From assembly GCA_017302875.1 (NCBI GenBank), contig JAFLCA010000002.1, forward strand, positions 1,118 to 65,117: DNA of 64,000 nucleotides, read 5' to 3'. The stretch comes from Deltaproteobacteria bacterium. Its GTDB lineage: Bacteria > Bdellovibrionota_C > UBA2361 > JAFLCA01. The position numbers and the translations under genes are program-made. Position 1 is the first letter of the stretch; every line of letters begins with the position of its first letter. Below the pieces are notes generated by a model. The model made no database searches, was not told where the DNA came from, and saw only the letters and a list, made by a program, of their open reading frames with translations. Positions 55,074-64,000 of the stretch are shown one piece after another.

Positions 55074-57008
55074 TTAGACATCCAGTTCAAGTCTATGGGC
55101 GTTTTCCTGGATAAGCCTATAGCGGTCACCGGTATCTTTCCCTAATAAACTCTCGAACATAGAGGCCGCTTCAGCCGCATCATCTATCCGTATTCTCAAG
55201 ATATTTCTGGTGCGGGGGTTCAATGTCGTCTCCCAGAGCGTCGAGGGGTTCATTTCACCAAGACCTTTGAAGCGGGTGATGTGAACCTTAGCTTTTGCTC
55301 CAAGCGTCTTGAGCATCTTCTCTTTCTCTTCATCAGAATAGACCCAATGATCTTCTTCCTTGGCACCCGAACCAACCCGAATACGATAGAGCGGTGAAAG
55401 ACCAATATACAAATGTCCGGCATCGATAAGCGGACGCATGAACTTAAAGAAGAAGGCCATCAGAAGAGAGGAGATGTGCATTCCGTCTGCATCAGCATCA
55501 GTCAGTATGATGACTTTGCCGTAGCGCAATTTAGCCAGCTTCAACGACTCACCTAAACCACAGCCCAGCGCGGAAACTAGATCTAACAACTCTTTATTAT
55601 CTTTAAGTTTGCCTTCGCCAGCCGAAATCGAATTCAGGATTTTACCGCGTAACGGTAAAACAGCCTGAGTTTCGCGATCGCGCCCTTGCTTAGCACTGCC
55701 GCCGGCGGAATCACCCTCTACGATAAAAACTTCGCATTTGTCCTGACGATTCGATGAGCAATCAGCTAATTTTCCGGGCAGGTTCAAGCGGTGACTGATG
55801 CCGACCTTGCGAGAAACTCCTTCGGCGGCACTACGGGCCGCCGCGCGCGCCTTCGCCGCCAGCAATACGCGTTCGACGATCTGAGAAGCCACATTAGGCT
55901 TAGAATTCAGCGAATTCTCAAAACTGCGCAGCAACGCTTCAACCGGCGGCTCAACTTCGGGATTATTCAGCTTGTCTTTGGTCTGACCTTGGAATTGAAG
56001 TTGAGCAACAGCTCCCGGCACGTTCACGGAGAGTACCGCGAACAGTCCTTCACGCAGATCCTCTCCTCCCAGCTTCACGCCTTTGGGAATTAGATCGTGT
56101 ACGGACATGTAATTTCGCAGCGCCTTGGAGAGCCCCGAACGGAACCCGTCTTCGTGGCTTCCGCCCTGCGCCGTATGAATGCCGTTGACGTACGAGAGCA
56201 CTTTCTCTGCCGTCGACTCAGTCCAGCAAAAGGCAACTTCGATTTTAATCCCATCGGCGCGTTCGAGATAAAAGCTTTCATCAGCCACGGGTTTTAGCGA
56301 CTGTTTCTCGAGCATCGCGCCGAGGAAGGATTTCAGTCCATCTTCAAAACAAAAAGTCTTCTCGGTCTTGGCAACTTCATTCAGAAACTCAAGTTTAAGA
56401 CCCTTATTCAGGAAGGCTTTTTCTTCCAGCAACTTTTCCAGACGTTCCGCGCTGAACTTTATATTGCGGAATATCTCAGCATCCGGCTTGAAATAAATCC
56501 GCGTGCCGTGCGCCTTAGTCTTCTCCCCACGAATCAGCTTCGAGGTAGGCTTGCCACGGGAGAAAGTCTGCTCCCAGGTATAACCGTCACGCTGAATGCA
56601 GGCTTCAAAATCCTCGGAAAGAGCATTTACCACCGAAGCGCCCACACCGTGTAATCCGCCGGCTGACACATAGTTGTGATCAGAAAACTTTCCGCCTGAA
56701 TGCAGCGTTGTCAAAATAATCTCGAGCGCCGACTTTTTGAATTTCGGATGAATGTCGACCGGAATGCCGCGACCATTATCCTGCACGGAGATGCTTTCCG
56801 AGTCTTCATGCAAGGTCAGCGTAATCTTATCGGCGTGCCCGTTCATGGCTTCGTCGATGGAGTTGTCCAGAATTTCCTTCGCCAAGTGATGCAATCCGGC
56901 AGGCCCTTCAGTTCCGCCGATATACATGCCGGGTCTACGCCGGACAGGCTCCAAGCCCTCCAACACTTCGATGTCTGCTGCACTATAATTTGAAGCTGGC
57001 TTTGCCAT
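55074..57008 (-). CDS. parE: DNA topoisomerase IV subunit B (type IIA topoisomerase B subunit)
   Basis: 644 aa. HHLAKEILDNSIDEA, GLHGVGASVVNALS, EGDSAGGSAKQGRDR, PLRGKILN. Paired with an A subunit that lacks a GyrA box. Confidence 0.8.
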   Translation of the reverse strand: MAKPASNYSAADIEVLEGLEPVRRRPGMYIGGTEGPAGLHHLAKEILDNSIDEAMNGHADKITLTLHEDSESISVQDNGRGIPVDIHPKFKKSALEIILTTLHSGGKFSDHNYVSAGGLHGVGASVVNALSEDFEACIQRDGYTWEQTFSRGKPTSKLIRGEKTKAHGTRIYFKPDAEIFRNIKFSAERLEKLLEEKAFLNKGLKLEFLNEVAKTEKTFCFEDGLKSFLGAMLEKQSLKPVADESFYLERADGIKIEVAFCWTESTAEKVLSYVNGIHTAQGGSHEDGFRSGLSKALRNYMSVHDLIPKGVKLGGEDLREGLFAVLSVNVPGAVAQLQFQGQTKDKLNNPEVEPPVEALLRSFENSLNSKPNVASQIVERVLLAAKARAAARSAAEGVSRKVGISHRLNLPGKLADCSSNRQDKCEVFIVEGDSAGGSAKQGRDRETQAVLPLRGKILNSISAGEGKLKDNKELLDLVSALGCGLGESLKLAKLRYGKVIILTDADADGMHISSLLMAFFFKFMRPLIDAGHLYIGLSPLYRIRVGSGAKEEDHWVYSDEEKEKMLKTLGAKAKVHITRFKGLGEMNPSTLWETTLNPRTRNILRIRIDDAAEAASMFESLLGKDTGDRYRLIQENAHRLELDV

Positions 57009-57010
57009 TA

Positions 57011-59278
57011 CTACGCCCTTTGAACCATTTTTATCTCACCGCGCGAGATCACCTTGTTACCCTTGAGGGCTCGATGCCCTGCCAACACTTCCGACGAAGC
57101 CAAGTCGCTGGTCTTTCCGGAGTCAAAGGTTAAAAGCAATTTTGCCGAGGTGTTGAAGGAGATTGCGGAAACGAGACGATCCTCATCGCGCACGCCAATA
57201 AGGGAAACACCAATCGCGGCGCTGTCACGAACGGGAATCTCCTTTCCGTCAATAACCAAGCCCGAACCGCGCTGCGTGAACAGCGCCAGTTTCTTATCGT
57301 GCGGAGCCACTGCCGCCAAGAAATCTCCATCACGAAGCTTCAGAGCGCGTTTTCCGTTGCGCTTTACCGCTTCGAGTCCGGTAACCTTGAGGGCAAACCC
57401 AACGCCGTTCTTCGAAACGAGCGTCATGACGTCATTCTCTTTGATGAGATCCGAGCCGGGAACGGCCAGCTCTCCCTGCTTGCCTTCGGAAGCCTTCATG
57501 CCGAAGCAGGCTACTATTGTTTCACCGTCCTTGAACTTCAGAATCTTCTGCACTGGATCGCCGTACCCGCTCGAGGACGGGAAATCGGCGACTCGTAACG
57601 CAAAGAGCGAGCCTAAGTTGGTAAAGAATACGACCGAATCGAGGGTTGAGAGCGGCAGCGCCTTTAAGATCTGATCGCCTTCGCGCAAACGGGTCGAGGC
57701 AAGCTCGTTGGTCTGACGTACACGCTTGAGCCAACCGTCGGAGGTGATAATGGCATAGACATCCTCCTGCACGACGTAGTCTTCTTCGCGGAACTCGATC
57801 TCCGCACTCTCCTTGACCATCTTGCAGCGTCGATTGTCACCATAGGTTTCGCTGACAAGCTCCAAATCCTTACGAACGATCTCGAGCATCTTCGCTTTGC
57901 TCTTGAGAATCTTTACGATCTCATCGATGCGCTTGAGCTTCGCTTCCAACTCCGCGCGAATCTCGTCGATGTTCGTTTTGGAGAGCTGATAAATACGCAT
58001 GTCTACGACGGCGAAGGCCTGAATGTCGGTCAGCTTGAAACGCGCTTTCAGTTTCTCAGCTGCGTCGGTTCTGCCTTCGCTCTTGCGAACAATCTTCAAC
58101 GCTTCATCAAGTGCGTCGTAGATTTTTACCAGTCCTTCCAGAATATGAATTCTGGCTTCAAGCGTACGCTTCTCGAACTCCAAGCGGCGCTGCACGACGG
58201 TCTGCCGGAAGGTAAGAAATTCGCGTAAACAGTCCTTCAAGGTGAGAAGCTGCGGAACGCAAGCTCCAGTCGAACCAGGAATGAGTGCAGTTAAATTGAC
58301 CGGGAAACCGCTTTCAACCGGAGTATGTTTATAGAGATACGCCATCGCGACTTCGGCTTCAGCGCCACTGGCAAGCTCTATGACCACACGCACTTTGTCA
58401 GTCGATTCATCGCGAATGTCGACAAGCTGCGGAACTTTCTTGTCCACGATCAAGCCGGCAATCTTCTCGACAAGCTGTGATTTATTCACGGCGTAAGGAA
58501 TGGACGTGATGATAATGTTTTTCTTGCCACGCGCCTCTTCCTCGACTTCCCAATCCCCGCGCATGCGAATCATGCCGCGACCCGTGGCATAGATATCGTC
58601 AAGTTCCTTGCGCGAATTCAGAATCTGGCAACCAGTTGGGAAATCCGGGCCCTTAATAATCGTGGTCAGCTTTGAATTGCTCATCTCAGGATCCTGAGAC
58701 AATTCGATCAAAGCTTTGCAAACGTCGCGCAAGTTATGCGGCGGTATGCTGGTGGCCATGCCGACGGCGATACCAGTCGCCCCATTCACCAACAAGTTTG
58801 GGATTCTGCTAGGGAGAACGATAGGCTCAGTGACGGTCCCATCGAAGTTATCGCGATAATCAACCGTTTCTTGGTCAATCTCTCCGATCACTTCAATCGC
58901 TAAGGGGAGCAGTCGGGCCTCGGTGTATCGATAGGCAGCTGCATTATCGCCGTCGAGTGATCCGAAGTTTCCCTGTCCATCGACCAGCGGATAGCGCAGC
59001 GAAAAATCCTGCGCCATGCGCACCATTGCTTCGTAACAGGCCGTGTCGCCGTGCGGATGGAAGCGTGCCAACACCTCACCGACAACAGCGGCCGACTTAC
59101 GGTGGCTGTGCGAGGGCGTCAAATTTAAATTGTTGAACATTGCAAACAAGATGCGGCGCTGTACGGGCTTCAAACCGTCACGCACATCAGGCAAGGCTCG
59201 ACCGGAGACTACGCTCAAGGCGTACGTAAGATAACGATCGCGTGATTCTTGGGGGAGTTGTCGGTCTATTACAGCCAT
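57011..59278 (-). CDS. parC: DNA topoisomerase IV subunit A
   Basis: 755 aa. [13 protein letters not shown], active-site [11 protein letters not shown] could not find a QRRGGKG-type GyrA box, and the length fits ParC. Confidence 0.8.
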   Translation of the reverse strand: MAVIDRQLPQESRDRYLTYALSVVSGRALPDVRDGLKPVQRRILFAMFNNLNLTPSHSHRKSAAVVGEVLARFHPHGDTACYEAMVRMAQDFSLRYPLVDGQGNFGSLDGDNAAAYRYTEARLLPLAIEVIGEIDQETVDYRDNFDGTVTEPIVLPSRIPNLLVNGATGIAVGMATSIPPHNLRDVCKALIELSQDPEMSNSKLTTIIKGPDFPTGCQILNSRKELDDIYATGRGMIRMRGDWEVEEEARGKKNIIITSIPYAVNKSQLVEKIAGLIVDKKVPQLVDIRDESTDKVRVVIELASGAEAEVAMAYLYKHTPVESGFPVNLTALIPGSTGACVPQLLTLKDCLREFLTFRQTVVQRRLEFEKRTLEARIHILEGLVKIYDALDEALKIVRKSEGRTDAAEKLKARFKLTDIQAFAVVDMRIYQLSKTNIDEIRAELEAKLKRIDEIVKILKSKAKMLEIVRKDLELVSETYGDNRRCKMVKESAEIEFREEDYVVQEDVYAIITSDGWLKRVRQTNELASTRLREGDQILKALPLSTLDSVVFFTNLGSLFALRVADFPSSSGYGDPVQKILKFKDGETIVACFGMKASEGKQGELAVPGSDLIKENDVMTLVSKNGVGFALKVTGLEAVKRNGKRALKLRDGDFLAAVAPHDKKLALFTQRGSGLVIDGKEIPVRDSAAIGVSLIGVRDEDRLVSAISFNTSAKLLLTFDSGKTSDLASSEVLAGHRALKGNKVISRGEIKMVQRA

Positions 59279-59363
59279 GGATGAGCGCTCTGGGATGAAA
59301 CTACATGAAAATAAGCACGAAGCAGCGTACTAAAGCCTCTGCACGACGTAAAGATGGGCCTTT

Positions 59364-59813
59364 CTAACTACCTGCAGAATCGTGGTTAATTCGACTTTGC
59401 AAATGAATGATACCTAGGATGAAAGTCCACACGATGGAAAGGGCTCCCTCACTCGCAGGCTCCGCACGAAGTAGTTTATTGAAGCGATCACGAAACACAA
59501 GTGACAATCCCAAGAACAGCGCGAAGTATGCCAATTCAGTACCTATATCTTTAAGGACACCGAAGGCCATGTCCCGGACTAACAGGTCCGTATCAAGCGC
59601 AAGCGACAAATCGGGGACACTCAGATCGAAGGAGCTCAAACTGCTATAGGCGCTCCATAGAGCGAAGAAGGCGAATCCAGCCACGACAGTCATTGAGACC
59701 GGCGGGACGTCCGGCCGAGCAGTTCGAACAATACGATTCAGGATTCTGGCGCTACGAAAGAACCAATACGGTGCATACAGACCGAGCGTGCACAGCAATA
59801 AGATTGAGAGCAC
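59364..59813 (-). CDS. Hypothetical small membrane protein (DUF4234-like YxPYW motif)
   Basis: 149 aa with about 4 hydrophobic segments. GLYAPYWFFRSARI lies near the N-terminus. No GDVK-type prepilin peptidase motif. Confidence 0.45.
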   Translation of the reverse strand: MLSILLLCTLGLYAPYWFFRSARILNRIVRTARPDVPPVSMTVVAGFAFFALWSAYSSLSSFDLSVPDLSLALDTDLLVRDMAFGVLKDIGTELAYFALFLGLSLVFRDRFNKLLRAEPASEGALSIVWTFILGIIHLQSRINHDSAGS

Positions 59814-59924
59814 GAGTAAGTTCTCATAGGGGAATTCTTGAAGATTCTTTTCGATGGCGCAAACCTCCGCGTACCCTAGTTTGACGCACTCCCTGGCAGG
59901 GGAACACCCCGCAAAAACGCATCT

Positions 59925-60806
59925 TTACTGGGGCCGGGCAGCCGTGTCGGGACGCCACTTTTTCAGAAATTTAGCGCCGCCGCGCTGCTTTGGTTCATAG
60001 CGGAAATACATTAGTTCTGAAGCAATTCCGCGCAGCCGATCCTGAACAGAAGCTTCGGCACAGTCATAGAAGGAACGTCCGGGGCTACCCCACTCCCGCC
60101 CGCGCTCTGAGAAAGGAACGACGAAGAGAGTCGCATTTGCCGGGAGAAATCCCGCGCGTTTTACCTCGCTTTGAATGTCTTGGGGGGAAATAAGGCGTCC
60201 CGTATAGCCATTCAATAGAATTGACCAACGAGAGAAGTCAAACTCTGACGGCTCATCAGACTCGCGCTTTAAACGTTGCAGGACTTCAAGTGAGCGATCT
60301 ACCGAAACCGGATCGTCGTCGGTTACGAGCACTACGTGCTGACAAAGAGGCAAGGCCGCAAAGGTCGCCAGGCCCCAAGACCGACCGAGATCCAGAACGA
60401 CTACGTCGAACTGAGCAGAAAGCTGCCCTACTAAAGAGTGAATGAACTCACTGGCGCTGGCGGCCCCTTCGATTACCTTAGCCTTGAAGTGAAAACTTTC
60501 GTGATAGGAGTTGGGCTGGCCGACTGCGAAGAGCTTGCCGTTGTATCCCTCGACTGCAAACAGAATTTCCGTCAACCGCTGGGCCGGCACCTCGCCCATT
60601 TGCAAAAATTCAGAGGTAACCTTGCGGCAGGATGTATCAACGCGAGCCCAATCGCTGAGCTGAGGATTTACGTCATCCAGATCAACGAGCGCCACCGACA
60701 ACCCATGACGGGCCCAGCAGGAAGCGAGCGCAGCAGCCATCGTCGAGGCACCAACGCCTCCCTTGAGCTGACAGATGCCGATAACGCCTTTTGCAAAATC
60801 CAACAT
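59925..60806 (-). CDS. TadZ/CpaE-like ParA/MinD-superfamily protein (no receiver domain)
   Basis: 293 aa. N-terminal GICQLKGGVGASTMAAALA...VALVDLDD is a deviant Walker A KGGVGAST. Located downstream of the flp and CpaB-like genes. Confidence 0.6.
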   Translation of the reverse strand: MLDFAKGVIGICQLKGGVGASTMAAALASCWARHGLSVALVDLDDVNPQLSDWARVDTSCRKVTSEFLQMGEVPAQRLTEILFAVEGYNGKLFAVGQPNSYHESFHFKAKVIEGAASASEFIHSLVGQLSAQFDVVVLDLGRSWGLATFAALPLCQHVVLVTDDDPVSVDRSLEVLQRLKRESDEPSEFDFSRWSILLNGYTGRLISPQDIQSEVKRAGFLPANATLFVVPFSERGREWGSPGRSFYDCAEASVQDRLRGIASELMYFRYEPKQRGGAKFLKKWRPDTAARPQ

Positions 60807-60897
60807 GATAGAAAGGAGATCGGCTTATGCAGCGGAATTCTAAAAGGCAAAGCTGAAGCCCAATAAGACTAGCGCATTTAGGCGGTTAGGCCCGTTT

Positions 60898-61524
60898 TTA
60901 CTGATTACCGATTGGTTTGATTGTGCCGGAATCGGCAATGCCGAACCCGCGGCTCTCGCCTGGAATCCAGGCATAGCCCTGTTGCTTTCCTCGCGAGGCG
61001 GGCCGCAGCGAAGATTGCGCAGAGAGAGGTGTCATGAGGCGCGCCAATTGATCACTGTCACGCACCCCCTTTCCGATATAGGGACTAGCGCCCTGGCTGG
61101 GAATCTCAATGAAATGGAAAGATCCGTATGAGCGCGCCGACTGCAAAACCAACGCCTGCTCCGGATGAAGGCGAAGCACGACTTCGCGCCCAACTGATTT
61201 TGAAACCCAAGCATCCTCAATTACGACTACCGTATCACCGCGTGCATCGTTGAGAGTTAAAGCAATACGCGCTCCACGTCCCGGTGCTAACGTTTCAAAG
61301 GTCAACGGCACCGCAACAGTTTGCTGCTCCACTTCACGCAGGGCCGAATCGACCTGCGCTTCCAACTTGAGTTCACTGGGAGAAGTTCTAGATTGAACTG
61401 CGTTCACAACCTGGCTTGGTCCGCGCACGACCGTAAAACCAAGCAAAACAAGGAGAATCGCTACGTACGCAGGAAAGCGCCAGGCTGGTGTTTTCGGTGT
61501 TAGAAAATCAGGATGAACTCGCAT
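60898..61524 (-). CDS. CpaB/RcpC-like Flp pilus assembly protein (short form)
   Basis: 208 aa with an N-terminal TM helix (FPAYVAILLVLLGFTVV). REVVLRLHPEQALVLQSARSYGSFHFIEIP resembles the RcpC/CpaB C-terminal motif. The call also rests on context. Confidence 0.4.
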   Translation of the reverse strand: MRVHPDFLTPKTPAWRFPAYVAILLVLLGFTVVRGPSQVVNAVQSRTSPSELKLEAQVDSALREVEQQTVAVPLTFETLAPGRGARIALTLNDARGDTVVVIEDAWVSKSVGREVVLRLHPEQALVLQSARSYGSFHFIEIPSQGASPYIGKGVRDSDQLARLMTPLSAQSSLRPASRGKQQGYAWIPGESRGFGIADSGTIKPIGNQ

Positions 61525-61615
61525 CTCTATTCGCGTGCCTCAAGTTGCAACATGTCTACGCGTTCAGGCACCGGCTACGTCATCGAGCACACTCGCGACG
61601 CGGCACAGAGACTTC

Positions 61616-61777
61616 CTAAGGGTGAGCTGCGCCGTGCTGTTCAACCGCGGCATTGGTGGCCTGCTTTTCCACCTGCGGTCCAACATCACCTAAGAGAGGG
61701 ATCGCCAACACCACAATAAGTGCGGCCAACAATCCGAGGACGACGAGCTCAGTTGATCCTTGTTGATACTCTTTCAT
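61616..61777 (-). CDS. flp: Flp-family type IVb pilin precursor (53 aa)
   Basis: Below the ORF-track size cut-off. Manual translation gives MKEYQQGSTELVVLGLLAALIVVLAIPLLGDVGPQVEKQATNAAVEQHGAAHP*. Short polar leader, then Gly, Glu and a 20-aa hydrophobic helix as in Flp pilins. Lies upstream of the CpaB-like and TadZ-like genes. Confidence 0.65.
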   Translation of the reverse strand: MKEYQQGSTELVVLGLLAALIVVLAIPLLGDVGPQVEKQATNAAVEQHGAAHP

Positions 61778-61974
61778 GCTAGTTCCCAAAATAAACGACG
61801 CACCCGTGTGTTAGTCGCCAAGCCTCCCCGAAGGCCTCGGCCCCAGCTGCGTAACAAGCTGCTTTAGAGCCAATCGACGTAATACCCTCAACTCTTTAGA
61901 TTATGAGGCGAACTAAATGATGCTCGCGTCGCTAAAACAGCGTCACGGATAAGTGCTCGATTTAACTAAGGGCA

Positions 61975-63069
61975 CTAGGGGCCAAGCAAAATATATCTTT
62001 GCTCTTCCACGCTCATGGGCTTTTCGCGGGGTGGAGTTTGCTGTCCCGCGTAGACGATTCCGAGTGCCACCACCCCTGCCAGCACTCCCATTCCGGCAAT
62101 CAGAATGCGCCGCTGTAAGGTACGATTCTTGGGCCTCAGCAAGTGCGCCTGAGGAGGAAGCCGCATCGTCTCGATCAATGGATCGGGCGCTGACAATCGT
62201 GCCGCTTTGGGAGCCTCAAACTCCGCTTCATCGAATAAAAGTTGATGTTGCAGGCGTTCCAGGTCTGCGCGCATCTCAGTCGCACTCTGGTATCGCTCGG
62301 CTATTCGTATCGACATCGCTTTCTCGACGATACGCGCTAATTCAGGGGGACAATGGGCCAATAGCTCACGCAGCGCCGGTGGACGATTATTAAATCGCTC
62401 CAACATTGCTGTCACCGTCGACTGCGATTTAAAGGGGGAAGTCCCCGAGAGCATCTCATAACCAATAACCCCAAGCGCATAAATATCGCCGCGATGATCA
62501 CATTCACCGGTTTCGATATACTCAGGCGCCACATATTGCGCAGTCCCAACCAGGGCACCGACATGCGTAACAGCCTGCGCTCCTTGTAAACGGGCCACTC
62601 CGAAGTCGCTGATTTTCACGACTCCCTTTTTGCTCATCAGCAGATTTTCCGGCTTCAGATCGCGATGCACGATGCTCTTGGCATGCACCGCCTCAAGGCC
62701 GGCACTTACCTGCAACAAAATATTGGTGGTGAAAGTTGGATCTAAGGGACCCGATTGCAAGAAATTCTTGAGCGTTCCGCCATCAACATATTCCATGGCG
62801 TAAGCTTGAAAATCAGCCTGATCGAAATACTCATAAGCGCGAACGATATTGGGATGATCCACTCCGTATGTTGCAACAATCTCATTGCGAAAGCGCGTCA
62901 GAGCTTCCTTCGAATTCAACATCGAGGCATCCAGGACCTTCAGGGCGACCAAGAAGTCACGCTTGCGCGGATTGCAGGCAAGGTACACAGCACCCATGCC
63001 CCCGGCACCGATTGGTGCAAGGATCTCATAGCGCTCCGCGAACACTGAACCCGATTGGAGACCGATCAT
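61975..63069 (-). CDS. Hanks-type Ser/Thr protein kinase, C-terminally membrane-anchored
   Basis: 364 aa. GAGGMGAVY, VALK, HRDLKPEN, DFG, YVAPE. C-terminal TM helix ILIAGMGVLAGVVALGIVYAG. Confidence 0.9.
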   Translation of the reverse strand: MIGLQSGSVFAERYEILAPIGAGGMGAVYLACNPRKRDFLVALKVLDASMLNSKEALTRFRNEIVATYGVDHPNIVRAYEYFDQADFQAYAMEYVDGGTLKNFLQSGPLDPTFTTNILLQVSAGLEAVHAKSIVHRDLKPENLLMSKKGVVKISDFGVARLQGAQAVTHVGALVGTAQYVAPEYIETGECDHRGDIYALGVIGYEMLSGTSPFKSQSTVTAMLERFNNRPPALRELLAHCPPELARIVEKAMSIRIAERYQSATEMRADLERLQHQLLFDEAEFEAPKAARLSAPDPLIETMRLPPQAHLLRPKNRTLQRRILIAGMGVLAGVVALGIVYAGQQTPPREKPMSVEEQRYILLGP

Positions 63070-63274
63070 ATATCCCTCGCCCCTTGGATCGGCCTAAACC
63101 GGGAAGATCTTGAATATTCAAACGACGTTGGCGCGATAAACCCGTAAAAAGTGCTCGCTCTTGGAGGAATTTCGGCCTCCTAGGCCAAAACGAGAGCTCA
63201 CTACCGCTTATTCAAATCTTCACATAACGTGGATACATCGAAATACAGAGCTAGCATTTCAGCCGGTTAGAGCC

Positions 63275-63715
63275 ATGAGCGTTTGCCAAATTTCCACGAA
63301 ACCCAAATACGAGGTCTTAAACCGCTTCCTCTTGGACGAGTACGTGCTCATTCACCTCGATCCTTCGCGAGCCGGCGTCGTGGTGCCAAACCATCTAACC
63401 AAAAGTCAGGTGCTGACCTTGAAGCTCAGTAAACTGTTCCGCGGAGCAATGGAGCTAACGAAGGAAAAGGTGACAGCCGATCTTCTGTTTGAGCAGGATT
63501 ACTTTAGCTGCACGGTCCCCCTGGATGCAGTTTGGGGAGCGACTAATGAAAAAGGCGATACCGTCGTATGGCCTGAAAGTGCCCCACCGAATGTTTTAAA
63601 GGGTATGCCGGCACCTCAAGCTGCGCCCAGCGAACCCGAAAGCGCCGCAGCACCGGAACCTCAGGTCGCCGAAACCGTTCTGAAGAAAAAAGGGCACCTT
63701 ACTCGCGTTAAGTAA
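63275..63715 (+). CDS. sspB: SspB-like ClpXP adaptor (stringent starvation protein B family)
   Basis: ATG at 63275 is preferred over the ORF-track start at 63161. KPKYEVLNRFLLDEYVLIHLDPSRAGVVVPNHL...LKLS...TVPLDAVWG follows the SspB pattern. The tail is disordered and ends in a basic C-terminus. Confidence 0.55.
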   Translation: MSVCQISTKPKYEVLNRFLLDEYVLIHLDPSRAGVVVPNHLTKSQVLTLKLSKLFRGAMELTKEKVTADLLFEQDYFSCTVPLDAVWGATNEKGDTVVWPESAPPNVLKGMPAPQAAPSEPESAAAPEPQVAETVLKKKGHLTRVK

Positions 63716-63730
63716 CGCTGAGTTCGTGAA

Positions 63731-64000
63731 CTAGCGTCTTTTCTTTAGGAACTTTGAAAAAACATTTAGCGTCTCTTTGCTAACGTGGTGCTCGATGCCC
63801 TCAGAGTCGGATTCCGCAATTGCGGGCGGCACCCCCAAGGCTACCAAGAAAGTACGCACTATTTCATGGCGCGCGCGTGACTCTTCAGCTAAAGATCTGC
63901 CCGCTTCCGTAAGAAAGATGGAGCGATAAGGCTGCGCAACTACCAATCCCAAACGCTGCAGACGACGCACGGTGCGGCCCACCGTTACATGCGAAACGTG
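63731..64000 (-). CDS. DtxR/MntR-family metal-dependent transcriptional repressor, C-terminal part (gene continues past window end)
   Basis: GRTVRRLQRLGLVVAQPYRSIFLTEAGRSLAEESRARHEIVRTFLVALGV...EGIEHHVS matches the DtxR-family HTH end plus dimerisation/metal-binding region. The reading frame is open to 64000. Confidence 0.75.
   Translation of the reverse strand, partial: HVSHVTVGRTVRRLQRLGLVVAQPYRSIFLTEAGRSLAEESRARHEIVRTFLVALGVPPAIAESDSEGIEHHVSKETLNVFSKFLKKRR

Noticed and set aside
55074-59278. Whether the type IIA topoisomerase pair is gyrase (gyrB/gyrA).
   Set aside because: The A subunit is only 755 aa, and I found no QRRGGKG-type GyrA box. The B subunit is 644 aa. Topoisomerase IV (parC then parE, 2-nt spacing) is more likely, though only phylogeny can settle it.
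59364-59813. Whether the 149-aa membrane protein downstream of the TadZ-like gene is the missing prepilin peptidase (TadV/CpaA).
   Set aside because: The size fits, but there is no GxGDxK-type aspartyl-protease motif. The N-terminal YAPYWFFR motif looks DUF4234-like instead.
61513-61719. 68-aa + strand ORF overlapping the flp region.
   Set aside because: It is antisense to the Flp-like ORF and the CpaB-like start, with no recognisable features. The - strand pilin reading has the expected leader/Gly/Glu/hydrophobic-helix architecture and matching gene context.
1-64000. Search for mobile elements, prophage, defence systems, toxin-antitoxin pairs, tRNA/rRNA genes and CRISPR.
   Set aside because: I recognised no transposase, integrase, recombinase or phage structural genes, no inverted-repeat-bounded element, no tRNA-like T-arm motifs in the intergenic gaps, and no nuclease/helicase/methylase-type defence genes.

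Overview
Gene-dense 64-kb chromosomal segment from a diderm (Gram-negative-type) bacterium, shown by a TonB-dependent receptor, Skp/OmpH and Tad/Flp components. I found no rRNA, tRNA, CRISPR array, transposase or integrase. Housekeeping genes (infC, fumC, rpiA, pckG, tkt, parC/parE, skp, sspB-like) are interspersed with envelope and glycan functions. (1) 1-3490: a cobalamin-riboswitch-controlled btuB-btuF-ABC ATPase uptake operon. (2) 3568-8204 and 18202-20106: flippase, GT2, SDR and alkaline-phosphatase-family glycan genes. (3) 22.5-41.6 kb: a VKOR-DsbA fusion, then seven consecutive large polytopic membrane proteins. Four of these are PMT/ArnT-like (GT39/GT-C type) and two carry the 'YYY'/DUF2298-type domain. 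They are followed by a eukaryote-type UDP-galactopyranose mutase and a Ppm1/Dpm1-like GT2. (4) 41.8-51.1 kb: a tandemly duplicated three-gene cassette, consisting of a small TadE-like protein, a TadE-like protein with a ~200-aa Thr/Pro stalk and Cys-rich tail, and a ~745-aa TadG-like vWA protein. (5) 59.4-63.1 kb: a Hanks kinase followed by an unannotated 53-aa Flp pilin ORF, a CpaB/RcpC-like gene and a TadZ/CpaE-like gene, with no secretin, ATPase or platform genes in the window. The main hypothesis is that the GT-C cluster, polyprenyl-phosphate sugar synthase and Galf mutase form a periplasmic O-glycosylation system. Its predicted substrates are the adjacent Thr/Pro-rich Tad pseudopilin-like adhesins. 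All family assignments come from motif recognition by eye and need HMM/BLAST confirmation.
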